From: an uncultured Acidimicrobiia bacterium
Lineage (GTDB): Bacteria > Actinomycetota > Acidimicrobiia > Spongiisociales > ZC4RG35
Length of the DNA: 64,000 nucleotides
Direction of reading: 5' to 3'
NCBI GenBank assembly: GCA_963761985.1
Contig: CAVXIT010000003.1
Span: forward strand, 204,105 to 268,104
Shown: positions 46,901 to 56,954 of the stretch, piece by piece
How positions within the stretch are numbered: the first letter of the stretch is position 1
Layout: each line of letters starts with the position of its first letter
Made by a program: the position numbers and the translations under genes
The notes under the pieces: generated by a model
What the model saw: the letters and a program-made list of their open reading frames with translations, nothing else
Database searches by the model: none
Told to the model about the DNA's origin: nothing

Positions 46901-47645
46901 CGACGCCGCCTCGGCCGTAGCTTCGCTGTGGCAGCGGCTTAAAGAAGACCTCGATGGCCAGGCGCGAGAAGCCCTCATCTTGCAGTACTCGCCGCTGGTC
47001 AAGTTCGTGGCCGGGAGAGTTGGAGCTGGCCTTCCCCGCAACGTTGATCAGGCCGATCTCGTCTCTTACGGGGTCTTTGGACTGATCGATGCCATCGACA
47101 AGTTCGAGCCAGAGCGGGGCTTCAAGTTCGAGACCTACGCGATCAACCGGATCAAGGGCTCCATCCTCGACGGACTCCGCTCGCTCGACTGGGTCCCGCG
47201 TTCGGTGCGCTCACGGGCGCGCGAGGTGGAGCGGTCGATGTCAGAGCTCGAGCACCGTTTGCAGCGAACTCCTTCGGACGACGAGCTCGCCCGCCACATG
47301 GATCAGGACATCGAGGCCGTGCGGGGGACGCTGGCAGAGATGTCAAACCTCGGATTGGTCGCTCTCGACGAGCTCATCGGGCCGGACGCCGGCTCCTCGT
47401 TGGGCGACTTCATCCCCGATCAAGCCGGGATCGGGCCCGAAGCGGCATTTCAGGCCGAAGAGACCAGGCACATTTTGGGCGACGCGATCAACCGGCTGCC
47501 TGATCGTGAACGCCTCGTGATAACGCTCTACTACTTCGAAGGTCTGACCCTGGCCGAGATCGGAGACGTCCTCGGGGTAACTGAGTCGCGGGTTTGTCAG
47601 ATCCACGCCAAGAGCGTTCTGTCTTTGCGGAACCGGATGTCCTGA
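46875..47645 (+). CDS. Sigma-70-family sigma factor, FliA/WhiG (group 3) type
   Basis: Region 2 …DLVSYGVFGLIDAIDKFEPERGFKFETYAINRIKGSIL… and region 4 …LTLAEIGDVLGVTESRVCQIHAKSV… The start overlaps the xerC 3' end by 26 nt (uncertain). Confidence 0.75.
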   Translation: MTSAIQGHDDAASAVASLWQRLKEDLDGQAREALILQYSPLVKFVAGRVGAGLPRNVDQADLVSYGVFGLIDAIDKFEPERGFKFETYAINRIKGSILDGLRSLDWVPRSVRSRAREVERSMSELEHRLQRTPSDDELARHMDQDIEAVRGTLAEMSNLGLVALDELIGPDAGSSLGDFIPDQAGIGPEAAFQAEETRHILGDAINRLPDRERLVITLYYFEGLTLAEIGDVLGVTESRVCQIHAKSVLSLRNRMS

Positions 47646-47747
47646 CCACTACAATCGGTCATAACGACACACGTCGGCAATTCCTCCTGGTCGGTCCTCC
47701 GCCCCAATCATTCGTTGCTTGGACGCTGGGCCGGGTGAGGAAGCCCG

Positions 47748-47774
47748 GAGATTTCTCAGGCGAGATTTCTCAGG
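47748..47774 (+). repeat. A perfect 13-bp direct repeat (GAGATTTCTCAGG, twice, 1-nt spacer) in the rpsB 5' leader
   Basis: ccgGAGATTTCTCAGGcGAGATTTCTCAGGattagg, about 45 nt upstream of the rpsB GTG. Confidence 0.7.
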
Positions 47775-47816
47775 ATTAGGGCCGGCGGAGGAATAACCAG
47801 AAAGTAAGGAGAGATC

Positions 47817-48542
47817 GTGGCTGCAGTCACTATCAAGCAGCTGCTCGAAGCCGGTGTGCATTTCGGGCATCAGACCAGACGGTGGAATCCCAAGATGAAG
47901 CCGTATATCTACGGCGAACGCAACGGGATCCACATCATCGATCTTCGCCAGACCCTTACACAGGTGGAGGCGGCGGTGGAGTATCTGAAAGAGCTCACCT
48001 CGCAGGGCGGGACCGTCCTTTTCGTGGGAACGAAGAAGCAGGCCCAAGCCCCGATCGCCGAGGCCGCCAACTCAGCGGGCATGCCCTATGTCAACTTCCG
48101 CTGGCTCGGCGGCATGCTCACCAACTTCACCACTATTCAAAAGCGGATCTTCTATATGAAGGAGCTCGAGCGCATGGAGGCCTCGACCGACATCGCCGCG
48201 CTGTCCAAGCGAGAGCGGCTCTCCATCAGGCGGGAGCTAACCAAACTGCAACAGACACTTGGCGGAGTCCGCGAGATGACCAAGGCCCCCGACGCCATTT
48301 TCATTGTCGACGTGAACACCGAGCACACGGCCGTGAAGGAAGCGACCCGCCTCGGAATCACAACGTTGGCCCTGGTCGATTCGAACTGCGATCCCGACAA
48401 CATCGACTATGTCATTGCCGGCAACGACGACGCGATTCGAGCCGCCGCGGTAGTGGCCGGTGCCCTCGCCGAGGCCTGTCGTGCGGGCAAGGGTGCTGAT
48501 ACGAAGGAGTCCGACTTCACAAGCGAGGACGTCGATGCCTGA
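47817..48542 (+). CDS. rpsB: 30S ribosomal protein S2
   Basis: AAGGAGA 6 nt upstream of the GTG. …GVHFGHQTRRWNPKM…. Confidence 0.9.
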   Translation: MAAVTIKQLLEAGVHFGHQTRRWNPKMKPYIYGERNGIHIIDLRQTLTQVEAAVEYLKELTSQGGTVLFVGTKKQAQAPIAEAANSAGMPYVNFRWLGGMLTNFTTIQKRIFYMKELERMEASTDIAALSKRERLSIRRELTKLQQTLGGVREMTKAPDAIFIVDVNTEHTAVKEATRLGITTLALVDSNCDPDNIDYVIAGNDDAIRAAAVVAGALAEACRAGKGADTKESDFTSEDVDA

Positions 48543-49149
48543 GATCACGGCGAAGGACGTGCAAAAGCTGCGCCAGATCGCCGGGGTCGGGATGATGGAT
48601 GCCAAAAAGGCATTGGTCGAGACCGATGGAGACATGGACAAGGCTGCCGACATCTTGCGGGTGCGCGGTCTGGCCAAAGTGGCCAAGCGGGCGGGCGAGC
48701 GCGAGGCGCACGAGGGTTCGATCGGCACATACGTCCACCATCAAGCAGAGCGCCCTGTGATCGGCGTCCTGGTCGATCTCGCCTCGGAAACCGATTTCGT
48801 TGCCAAGAACCCCGAATTCCGTCAGGTAGCGGACGACATCGCCTTGCACATTGCATGGGGCCGCCCCCGCTGGATCCGCCGCGATGATGTCGACCCCGTC
48901 GAACTGGGATCGGAGAAGGACTTCTTCGCCGCTCAGGCACACGAAGAAGGAAAGCCCGAGAACATCATCCCCAAGATCGTCGAAGGGAAAGTCAGGGCTT
49001 TTTACGAGGAGCACGTCCTGTACGAGCAGAAATTCGCCAATGCCGAGAAGTTCGAGGGCACTGTCGAGGCCTATGTGAACCAATTGGCGGCCAAGATGGG
49101 GGAGAACATCTCGGTGCGTCGAATGGCCAGACTGGAGATCGGAGACTGA
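48535..49149 (+). CDS. tsf: Elongation factor Ts (short, about 204 aa, single dimerisation subdomain)
   Basis: [42 protein letters not shown]…, a UBA-like N-terminus. Confidence 0.85.
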   Translation: MPEITAKDVQKLRQIAGVGMMDAKKALVETDGDMDKAADILRVRGLAKVAKRAGEREAHEGSIGTYVHHQAERPVIGVLVDLASETDFVAKNPEFRQVADDIALHIAWGRPRWIRRDDVDPVELGSEKDFFAAQAHEEGKPENIIPKIVEGKVRAFYEEHVLYEQKFANAEKFEGTVEAYVNQLAAKMGENISVRRMARLEIGD

Positions 49150-49856
49150 TGGGGAGAAGGGTCCTGCTGAAGCTCTCAGGTGAGGTCTTCGCCGATCCCG
49201 CCATCGGTTATGGCATCGACCCGACCACTGTTGCTCGCGTCGCTCAGGAAGTGGCGGAGGCGACGATCATGGGACACGAAGTCGCGATCGTGGTTGGAGG
49301 CGGGAACATCTTTCGCGGCGTCTCCCAACAAGCTCGGGGCATGGATCCAGCCAACGCTGACTACATGGGAATGCTGGCCACAGTCATCAATGCTCTGGCC
49401 CTGCGCGACGCGCTGGAACACAACGGCGTCGAGGCTCGCGTTCTCAGCGCCATCGCCATGCAGCAGCTGGCGGAGCCCTACATCCGGTTGCGGGCGATGC
49501 GCCATCTCGAGAAAGGTCGCGTCGTCGTATTCGCAGCCGGCACCGGCAACCCCTTCTTCACGACGGATACGGCGGCGGCCCTGCGAGCCGTCGAGATGGG
49601 GGCCGAAGCGCTGCTCAAAGCGAGCAAGGTCGACGGCATCTACACGGCCGATCCGCGGACGAATCCTGATGCGATCAAACACTCGGAATTGACCTATATG
49701 GAGTTTCTCACCGGGGGGCTCCAGGTCATGGATGCAACGGCGATCACGATGTGCCGCGAGCACGACATACCAATCGTGGTCTTCGACATGACCGAGGCGG
49801 GAAACATTGTCCTCGCCATCTCGGGTGAAGAACCGATCGGCACGGTCGTTCACTAA
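49149..49856 (+). CDS. pyrH: UMP kinase
   Basis: …VLLKLSGE…[10 protein letters not shown]…. Confidence 0.9.
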   Translation: MGRRVLLKLSGEVFADPAIGYGIDPTTVARVAQEVAEATIMGHEVAIVVGGGNIFRGVSQQARGMDPANADYMGMLATVINALALRDALEHNGVEARVLSAIAMQQLAEPYIRLRAMRHLEKGRVVVFAAGTGNPFFTTDTAAALRAVEMGAEALLKASKVDGIYTADPRTNPDAIKHSELTYMEFLTGGLQVMDATAITMCREHDIPIVVFDMTEAGNIVLAISGEEPIGTVVH

Positions 49857-49865
49857 GGAGTCGAG

Positions 49866-50417
49866 ATGATCACAGAGGTTTTGGACGAGGCGCGAAGAAA
49901 GATGGAACAAGCGGCCGAGCACGTCGGCTCTGAGTTCGCCACCGTCCGCACCGGGCGGGCCAACCCTCAAATTCTCCACCGCATCAGCATCGACTACTAC
50001 GGCACCACCACTCCCTTGCAACAACTGGCGTCGTTCTCGGTCCCCGAACCGCGTCTCCTGGTTGTTCAGCCCTTTGATAAGTCATCTCTGCCGGCGATCG
50101 AGAAGGCCATCCGGGCTTCGGACCTCGGTCTCAATCCCAGCAACGACGGCAACCTGATCCGACTGGCTTTTCCGCCCCCGACCGAGGAGCGCCGAAAGGA
50201 ACTGACGAAGGTGGTTCGTCACATGGCGGAAGAAGGACGCGTGGCCGTCCGAAACGTCCGCCGGCACAGCAAAGATGACATCGAGGTGCTGAAGCACGAA
50301 GTTTCCGACGACGAGATCAGGCGCGGTGAGAAGGAGCTACAAGATCTCACCGACAAGTTCATCCACAAGATCGATGAGCTGCTCACTGGTAAAGAGCACG
50401 AGCTGGCCGAGGTCTGA
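49866..50417 (+). CDS. frr: Ribosome recycling factor
   Basis: Full-length match to Frr …RTGRANP…. Confidence 0.9.
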   Translation: MITEVLDEARRKMEQAAEHVGSEFATVRTGRANPQILHRISIDYYGTTTPLQQLASFSVPEPRLLVVQPFDKSSLPAIEKAIRASDLGLNPSNDGNLIRLAFPPPTEERRKELTKVVRHMAEEGRVAVRNVRRHSKDDIEVLKHEVSDDEIRRGEKELQDLTDKFIHKIDELLTGKEHELAEV

Positions 50418-51660
50418 GTGACGTCCCCGATGGACCCCCCAACAGCCGATCCGCCAAATAATGGGCTTGGTGAAACCGAATCTGACTCGACCGAATCGGA
50501 GAAAACCACCAAGGCCAGGGAGTTCTCGCGTCCGTGGGAAGAGCCGCTCGACATCGTCGAGGACGAAGCCGGAGCCCCAATCAAATTCAACTCAGGCAGT
50601 TCAATCAGGCATTCGAGAGAGCATCGGAGATCTACTGCCCGGCGACGAGGACATTCCGCTCTCCGAGCAGCTCTATCTCGCGGCTACCACGGCCGAATAC
50701 CGCGACCTCGCCGAAGAGATCTCTCGCAGCGGAAAGGAATCAACGCCTGGCCCCGTCGCTGCGTCCATGGCCGGGATCGGCACGGGACTGATCGACTTCG
50801 GCGATGTCACCGGCCAGACCGGACCGAGTGAGGAGGACCTCGAACACATAGAGCAAGCCGCCGCCAGCGACCTGACTTTGCGGATCATCTCGGCCGTTGT
50901 GCTGGTAGGAGTTTTCGGTCTCACCCTTTTTCTGCGGGGAGGACCGTTCACCGCCTTCATCGGCTTCTTGATGGTCGTCGCTCTCGCCGAGTTTTATACG
51001 ACTTTGCGCCGCCAGGGCTTCGTGCCGATTGCCCTCTTTGGTCTTATTGGTGTGATCGGCGTAGCGATCGCCGCTCACTTCGGGGGGCCGGGGCCAATGC
51101 TGGTCACGATCGTCGTAGCTGCCCTGGCGGTGGTCGCCTTCTACACGATCGTGCCTCGTCGGCGACCGCTCGACAACGCCGCGCTCACCATCTTTGGGGC
51201 AGCGTGGGTGTCGCTGCTCGGCTTTGCGGCGATCATCGGGCGCGCGCCCAATGCGATTCCCTTGATCCTCTTCCTTGTGTTGGTCGTCGCCATCTTCGAC
51301 ATGGGCAGCTACTTCGCCGGGAGAGCTATCGGGCGGCACCCTTTCGCGCCCGAACTGTCGCCCAAAAAGACCTGGGAGGGCTATATCGGCGGCGTGGTCC
51401 TGGCCACGGCGGCCGCCTCCTTCATGTCCACTGTCGACTACTTTCCCGTCTCGCTCAGCCAGGCCATGGTCCTCACGCTGCTCGTCGTGGTGCTATCGCC
51501 AGTTGGCGATGCTGCGGAGTCGTTGGTAAAGCGAAGCCTCGGCGTCAAAGACATGGGTGCGGTCATGCCCGGGCATGGCGGTTTGCTCGACCGACTCGAT
51601 GGCCTGCTCTTTGTGGTACCGGCCGCTTACGTCTTCTTTCGCTCCGCCGGCCTCATCTGA
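50418..51660 (+). CDS. cdsA: Phosphatidate cytidylyltransferase CdsA with a roughly 130-aa acidic, disordered N-terminal extension. A frameshift (extra A in the AAA run 50583-50585) separates the extension (ORF 50418, frame 0) from the catalytic body (ORF 50461, frame 1).
   Basis: Multi-TM body …KKTWEGYIGGV…, with the CTP-transferase signature near the C-terminus. Confidence 0.75.
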
Positions 51661-51664
51661 CGGA

Positions 51665-52804
51665 GTGAAATCCCTCGCGGTGCTCGGAGTGACCGGCTCG
51701 ATCGGTCGCCAGACCCTGGAGGTTGCCGATCACCTACGAATCCCTGTCGTGGCGATCGGGGCACGCACGCCGAGCGAGGACCTGCTCGAGATTGCCCGCA
51801 GATATCCGGAGGCTCGCGTCGCAGTGGCAACCGAGGATCACGAAAGCGCGGCGTTTGTCGAAGCCGTCGGCAAAAGGCGCGTCGAGTTCGGTCCTGCCGC
51901 ATTGACCGCGATGGCGGCCGAGAAGGGCCAGGTGGTCATGAACGGCATCGTTGGTGTGGCCGGTTTGCCGGTGACGCTGGCCGCGGCCCATGCGGGAAAC
52001 CGGGTCGCCCTGGCCAACAAGGAATCGATGGTCGCGGCCGGCGCACTCGTCAACGAAGCTCTAGCGCGCGGCGGAGGCGAGCTCATCCCTGTCGACTCCG
52101 AGCACTCGGCCATCTTTCAGTGCCTGGTGGGTGAAGAAGCTCCGTCCAGGATCGTGCTCACTGCTTCCGGCGGACCGTTTCGTGGCAAGAACCGCGCCCA
52201 GCTTGCAAAGGTGACCCCTGCCGAGGCTCTGGCTCATCCCACATGGAACATGGGGAAACGAATAACCGTCGATTCGGCGACGCTCGCCAACAAAGCGCTC
52301 GAGGTCCTTGAGGCTGTTGCTCTGTTTGGCGTGGCACTCGATCAGATAGAGGTGGTGATCCATCCGGAGAGCATCGTGCACTCGATGGTCGTCTTCCCGG
52401 ACGGTTCGATCAAAGCTCAGCTCGGTCCGCCCGATATGCGGCTTCCGATTGCCTATGCCCTCACCTTTCCCGCCCGCGGCCAGGAGATCATCCCGGCATA
52501 CGACTTTTCGGGGGTGACGATTCATTTCGAAGAGCCCGACCTCGAGACCTTCCCGGCCTTGGGGCTGGGTTATGCCGCCGGCCGGGCCGGGGGAACGGCT
52601 CCGGCTGTTTTCAACGCGGCGGACGAGGTCGCCGTGGCAGCATTTCTGGACGGCCACCTTGGCTTTCTGGAAATTGCCGCTGTGATCGAGCGGACCCTGG
52701 AGGGTGCCGAACAGCGAACGATCGAGTCGCTAGACGACGTGCTGGCCGCTGATTCCGAGGGCCGGCAGTTGGCCCTTAGCTGCATTCACAACGACCTCCG
52801 GTAG
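51665..52804 (+). CDS. dxr: 1-deoxy-D-xylulose 5-phosphate reductoisomerase
   Basis: GTG start giving VKSLAVLGVTGSIGRQTL…. Confidence 0.9.
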   Translation: MKSLAVLGVTGSIGRQTLEVADHLRIPVVAIGARTPSEDLLEIARRYPEARVAVATEDHESAAFVEAVGKRRVEFGPAALTAMAAEKGQVVMNGIVGVAGLPVTLAAAHAGNRVALANKESMVAAGALVNEALARGGGELIPVDSEHSAIFQCLVGEEAPSRIVLTASGGPFRGKNRAQLAKVTPAEALAHPTWNMGKRITVDSATLANKALEVLEAVALFGVALDQIEVVIHPESIVHSMVVFPDGSIKAQLGPPDMRLPIAYALTFPARGQEIIPAYDFSGVTIHFEEPDLETFPALGLGYAAGRAGGTAPAVFNAADEVAVAAFLDGHLGFLEIAAVIERTLEGAEQRTIESLDDVLAADSEGRQLALSCIHNDLR

Positions 52805-52816
52805 CCTGAAAGCACT

Positions 52817-53929
52817 TTGGCTGGTGCTGTCGGCGGGGTTCTCGCCATCGTCTTTTTCGTAACCGCCCACGAGTTCGGCCATTTCCTCGCCGCCAAGCTG
52901 GTCGGGGTCAAGGCCACCGAGTTCTTCTTTGGCTTCGGTCCGAGAATTTGGTCCTTCAAGCGGGGCGAGACCGAATACGGCATCAAGGCGATTCCCCTCG
53001 GTGGATACGTCCGGGTGGTCGGTATGAACCCGCTGGAGGAAGTGCCCGAATCGGACCTCGGTCGCACTTATCGCGAGCAACCGTTTTGGAAAAAGACGGT
53101 GGTGGTCTTGGCCGGCGTCGGAATGAACTTCCTCATCGCCTATCTGATGTTCGTCGGACTTCTGATGATCAATGGAGTGGGAGAGGTCACCACGACACTG
53201 GTCGAAGTCATCCCCACGCTCGAGGACGGAACCGAGAGCCCCGCCGCAGCCGCGGGACTGGAGGTGGGGGACAAACTGATCGCGATCAATGGGACGCCTA
53301 CCCCGGATTGGACCGCGGTCGGGGAGGAGCTCTCGACTCGCCCCGGTGAAGAGATCGCCCTGACTGTCGAGCGAGACGGCGAGCTGATCGAACTAACTCC
53401 GACTTTGGCCACGCTGGAAGACGCCGAGACGGGCGGGGAGCGAGGGTTCCTCGGCGTGGCGCCGTCGCTAATTGTGCGGAAGCTTGGGCTGTGGGAAGCC
53501 TCTGGATCAGCGGGCCGCCAGCTCGGGGAATCGGTGGCTGTGACCTTCGAAGTTCTCGGTCGAATCGTTCAGCCGGGGACCTTGGGGCGGCTGGCGGGAG
53601 TGCTGGTCGGTAACACTGACGTGCCGCCCGAAATCAGGCCGGTGAGCCCAATCGGCGTTGGCAATATCGGGAGCCAGGTCGAGGAAATCGGTTGGGCGTC
53701 GTTCTTGTTTCTGCTCGCCTCGGTCAACGTCATGCTCGGCGCGCTCAACGTGCTCCCTTTGTATCCACTCGACGGTGGCCATTTCGCCGTTGCCCTGTAC
53801 GAAAAGATCACCCGGCGCGCGGTGAATGTCCGGGTGCTCATTCCGGTCGCGGCGATCGTCATCACGTTGGTCGGCTTTCTGGGATTGATCGCGATCATCC
53901 TCGACATCGTCAATCCCATTGATCTCTAG
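52817..53929 (+). CDS. rseP: RseP-type site-2 zinc metalloprotease (M50) with a PDZ domain
   Basis: HEFGHFL (HExxH), a PDZ domain, and a C-terminal LDGGH motif. TTG start. Confidence 0.85.
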   Translation: MAGAVGGVLAIVFFVTAHEFGHFLAAKLVGVKATEFFFGFGPRIWSFKRGETEYGIKAIPLGGYVRVVGMNPLEEVPESDLGRTYREQPFWKKTVVVLAGVGMNFLIAYLMFVGLLMINGVGEVTTTLVEVIPTLEDGTESPAAAAGLEVGDKLIAINGTPTPDWTAVGEELSTRPGEEIALTVERDGELIELTPTLATLEDAETGGERGFLGVAPSLIVRKLGLWEASGSAGRQLGESVAVTFEVLGRIVQPGTLGRLAGVLVGNTDVPPEIRPVSPIGVGNIGSQVEEIGWASFLFLLASVNVMLGALNVLPLYPLDGGHFAVALYEKITRRAVNVRVLIPVAAIVITLVGFLGLIAIILDIVNPIDL

Positions 53930-53962
53930 GCCGATTGATCTCCAGCCCCATCGACCTCTAGG
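53915..53962 (+). repeat. Three tandem imperfect repeats of about 16 bp spanning the rseP stop codon
   Basis: CCCATTGATCTCTAGG / CCGATTGATCTCCAG / CCCCATCGACCTCTAGG. Confidence 0.7.
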
Positions 53963-54038
53963 CGGCTTTAGTGCGTGGCAACGATCCACTTCGTTCCTCA
54001 AACGGCATCTATCCATACCTTCCTAACCTGGCGTCCCC

Positions 54039-55250
54039 ATGATTGAACGCCGTCCGTCACGTCAGTTGCACGTCGGCGACGTTGCAGTTGGCGGGGGAGC
54101 CCCGATATCGGTGCAGTCGATGTGCACCACTAAGACCGCCGACGTGGACGGCACCCTTGCCCAGGTCTATGCCCTCAAGGGGGCGGGCGCCGACATCGTC
54201 CGCATTACCTGCAATGACGTCGAAGCGGCAGAAGGCCTGGCTGAGATGATGCCCCGGATGCCGGTGCCGATCATTGCCGACATCCACTACCAGTACCGGC
54301 TGGCGCTCGCCGCGATGGAAGCGGGCGTGCAAGGTCTCCGGCTCAACCCCGGCAACATCAAGAACGAGGAGCAGATCAAGACCGTCGCCCGGGAAGCCGG
54401 GGATCGCAAGCTTCCCATCAGGGTTGGCGTCAACGCCGGGTCCCTCGACCGCGACCTCCTCCAGAAGTACGGCGGCCCGGTCCCCGAGGCCCTCGTCGAA
54501 TCGGCGCAGAAGGAGATCCGCTATCTCGAGGAGGTCGACTTCTTCGACATCAAGATTTCGGTCAAGCACTCCAACGTGCCCACCATGGTCGAGTGCTATC
54601 GGTTGCTGGCCGAGGCGGTTTCGTATCCGCTTCATCTCGGGGTGACGGAGGCAGGACCACTGCCGGGCGGCTTGATCAAGTCCGTGGCGGGGATCTCAAC
54701 TCTCCTCATGGAGGGCATAGGTGACACCATTCGATTCTCGCTCACGGCCGATCCGGTCGAAGAAGCAAAAGCCGGTCGCCAGCTCCTCGAGTATCTCGGT
54801 TTGCGAGAGCGCAAAGGCCTCGACCTCATCGCCTGTCCATCCTGTGGGCGCGCCGAGGTCGATGTGATCAAAGTGGCCAATGAAGCCCAACAAGCGCTCG
54901 AAGCCGAAGGGTTGGCGATCCAGGTCGCGGTCATGGGCTGCGTCGTCAATGGACCCGGTGAAGCTAGAGAGGCCGACCTCGGCATTGCCGCCGGGAGAGG
55001 GCGCGGTCATCTCTTTGTGAAGGGCCAGGTCGTGCGTGTCGTTCCCGAAGCCCAGATGGTCGAAGCCCTGGTGGAGGAAGCGAGACGTCTCGTCGAGGAA
55101 GGTGTTGAAGCCAGGCTGGCTGCGGCTGATGAAGGTGCCGCAGAGATCGCCGAGGCGATGCGAGACGAGCTGCTTCAGATCCAGGGAGACGTCAATCGGG
55201 TCGAGATCAAGCGGCGGGCCGTGGCCGAAAAAGCCCGGGGCGAGGAATAG
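54039..55250 (+). CDS. ispG: 4-hydroxy-3-methylbut-2-enyl diphosphate synthase IspG (with a roughly 40-aa acidic/helical C-terminal extension)
   Basis: …VQSMCTTKT…CPSCGRAEVD…MGCVVNGPGE… (three Cys ligands). Confidence 0.9.
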   Translation: MIERRPSRQLHVGDVAVGGGAPISVQSMCTTKTADVDGTLAQVYALKGAGADIVRITCNDVEAAEGLAEMMPRMPVPIIADIHYQYRLALAAMEAGVQGLRLNPGNIKNEEQIKTVAREAGDRKLPIRVGVNAGSLDRDLLQKYGGPVPEALVESAQKEIRYLEEVDFFDIKISVKHSNVPTMVECYRLLAEAVSYPLHLGVTEAGPLPGGLIKSVAGISTLLMEGIGDTIRFSLTADPVEEAKAGRQLLEYLGLRERKGLDLIACPSCGRAEVDVIKVANEAQQALEAEGLAIQVAVMGCVVNGPGEAREADLGIAAGRGRGHLFVKGQVVRVVPEAQMVEALVEEARRLVEEGVEARLAAADEGAAEIAEAMRDELLQIQGDVNRVEIKRRAVAEKARGEE

Positions 55251-55253
55251 TTG

Positions 55254-56954
55254 ATGCGCTGGAACCGGGCGTTCATCCCCACCCTGCGCGACGATCCGGC
55301 TGAAGCTGAAGCGGTCTCCCATCGCCTCCTGGTGAGGGGCGGTTTCGTTCGCCAGTTGAGCGCCGGCCACTACTCGATGCTGCCTTTGGGGCAGCGGGTG
55401 CGGGCCAAGATCGACGCCATCATCCGCTCGGAGATGGACGCCATCGGCGGACAGCAGTTTCACCTGCCGGCGCTTCATCCCGGCGAGATCTGGAAACGGT
55501 CGGGCCGTTGGGAGATCATGGGGGAGGAGCTCTTTCGACTCGTAGACCGAAAGGGAGTCGACAACGCCCTCGGGATGACGCATGAGGAGGTGTTTGCGAT
55601 TCTCGCCTCCGAACTGCGCTCCTACCGCCAGCTCCCGCAGATCTGGTACCAGATCCAGACGAAGTTCCGCGACGAACCCCGGCCGAAGTCCGGCGTCCTC
55701 CGGGTGCGCGAGTTCACGATGAAGGATTCCTACTCCCTCGACCTCGATTACGACGGTCTGGACCATGCCTTCGATCTTCATCACGGTGCGTACCGACGCA
55801 TCTTTGGACGGATGGGACTCGACGCCGTCGACGTCGAGGCGTCGTCGGGGGCGATGGGTGGGACGAGGTCGGTGGAGTTCATGATCGCCAGCCCGGCCGG
55901 CGAAGACTGGATCGTCACCTGCACGAGCTGCGACTACCGCTCCAATCTGGAGCGGGCGGTATCCGCCTTGCCGGCGATCGACGACCCGGCCGAGTCGACT
56001 TTGGAACGGCTGGCGACTCCGGGCATTCGGACCATCGCCGCCCTGGCGAAAGGCTTTCCCGATGTCGCGGCGCCTGACCGCCAGATCAAGACGCTGGTCT
56101 ACATGCTGGGAGACGAGCTCACCCTGGTGTTGGTGCGTGGCGACCACGAGCTGCTCGAACAGAAGCTCATCGACGCCACCGGCGTAGCCAACATCCGTCC
56201 GGCCGAGCCCGAGGAGATCAAGGCAGCCCTAGGGGCGATGCCCGGAAGCCTGGGGGCGGTGGGTGTAAGCGATCTTTCCATCATCGCCGATTCCGAGCTC
56301 GAGGACCGCAAAGGAATGGTGACCGGCGCGAACGAAGACGACTGGCACTACTCGGGGGTAGACGTTTCCCGCGACGTCAAGGTCGGGCGCTGGGCAAGCC
56401 TTCGCACCGTGCGGGCGGGTGAGGCCTGCGTGCGTTGCGGCTCGCCGCTAGAGATCTGGAAAGGCATCGAGGTCGGGCACATCTTCAAACTCGGCACCAA
56501 GTATTCCGAAGTGATGGAAGCGCTGGTCCAAGACGAAGCCGGGGTCTCGCACCCGATCGTGATGGGCTCTTATGGGATCGGGCTCGAGCGAGGGATGGCG
56601 GCCGTGGTCGAGGCCAACCACGACGAGAAGGGAATCATCTGGCCGCAGTCAGTTGCCCCTTACGTTGTCGTGGTAACTGTTTTACGGACCGACGATCCCG
56701 ACACCATGGCTGCCGGTGAGGCCCTCTATGAGGAGCTGCGCAACCTCGGAATCGACGTGCTCCTCGACGACCGTCTCGAACGGCCAGGGGTGAAATTTGC
56801 CGACGCCGAGCTGATCGGAATTCCGTTCCGACTAACCGTTGGCCCCAAAGGCGTCGCCGCCGAAACCATCGAGCTAACCAGCCGGCGCGACCTGCAAACC
56901 GAGGAAGTCAAACGCTCCGAGATTGTCGAGCGCCTGCGCGAGCTAGTCGATTAG
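55254..56954 (+). CDS. proS: Proline--tRNA ligase
   Basis: Class II motifs. MRWNRAFIPTLRDDPAEAE…. Confidence 0.9.
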   Translation: MRWNRAFIPTLRDDPAEAEAVSHRLLVRGGFVRQLSAGHYSMLPLGQRVRAKIDAIIRSEMDAIGGQQFHLPALHPGEIWKRSGRWEIMGEELFRLVDRKGVDNALGMTHEEVFAILASELRSYRQLPQIWYQIQTKFRDEPRPKSGVLRVREFTMKDSYSLDLDYDGLDHAFDLHHGAYRRIFGRMGLDAVDVEASSGAMGGTRSVEFMIASPAGEDWIVTCTSCDYRSNLERAVSALPAIDDPAESTLERLATPGIRTIAALAKGFPDVAAPDRQIKTLVYMLGDELTLVLVRGDHELLEQKLIDATGVANIRPAEPEEIKAALGAMPGSLGAVGVSDLSIIADSELEDRKGMVTGANEDDWHYSGVDVSRDVKVGRWASLRTVRAGEACVRCGSPLEIWKGIEVGHIFKLGTKYSEVMEALVQDEAGVSHPIVMGSYGIGLERGMAAVVEANHDEKGIIWPQSVAPYVVVVTVLRTDDPDTMAAGEALYEELRNLGIDVLLDDRLERPGVKFADAELIGIPFRLTVGPKGVAAETIELTSRRDLQTEEVKRSEIVERLRELVD

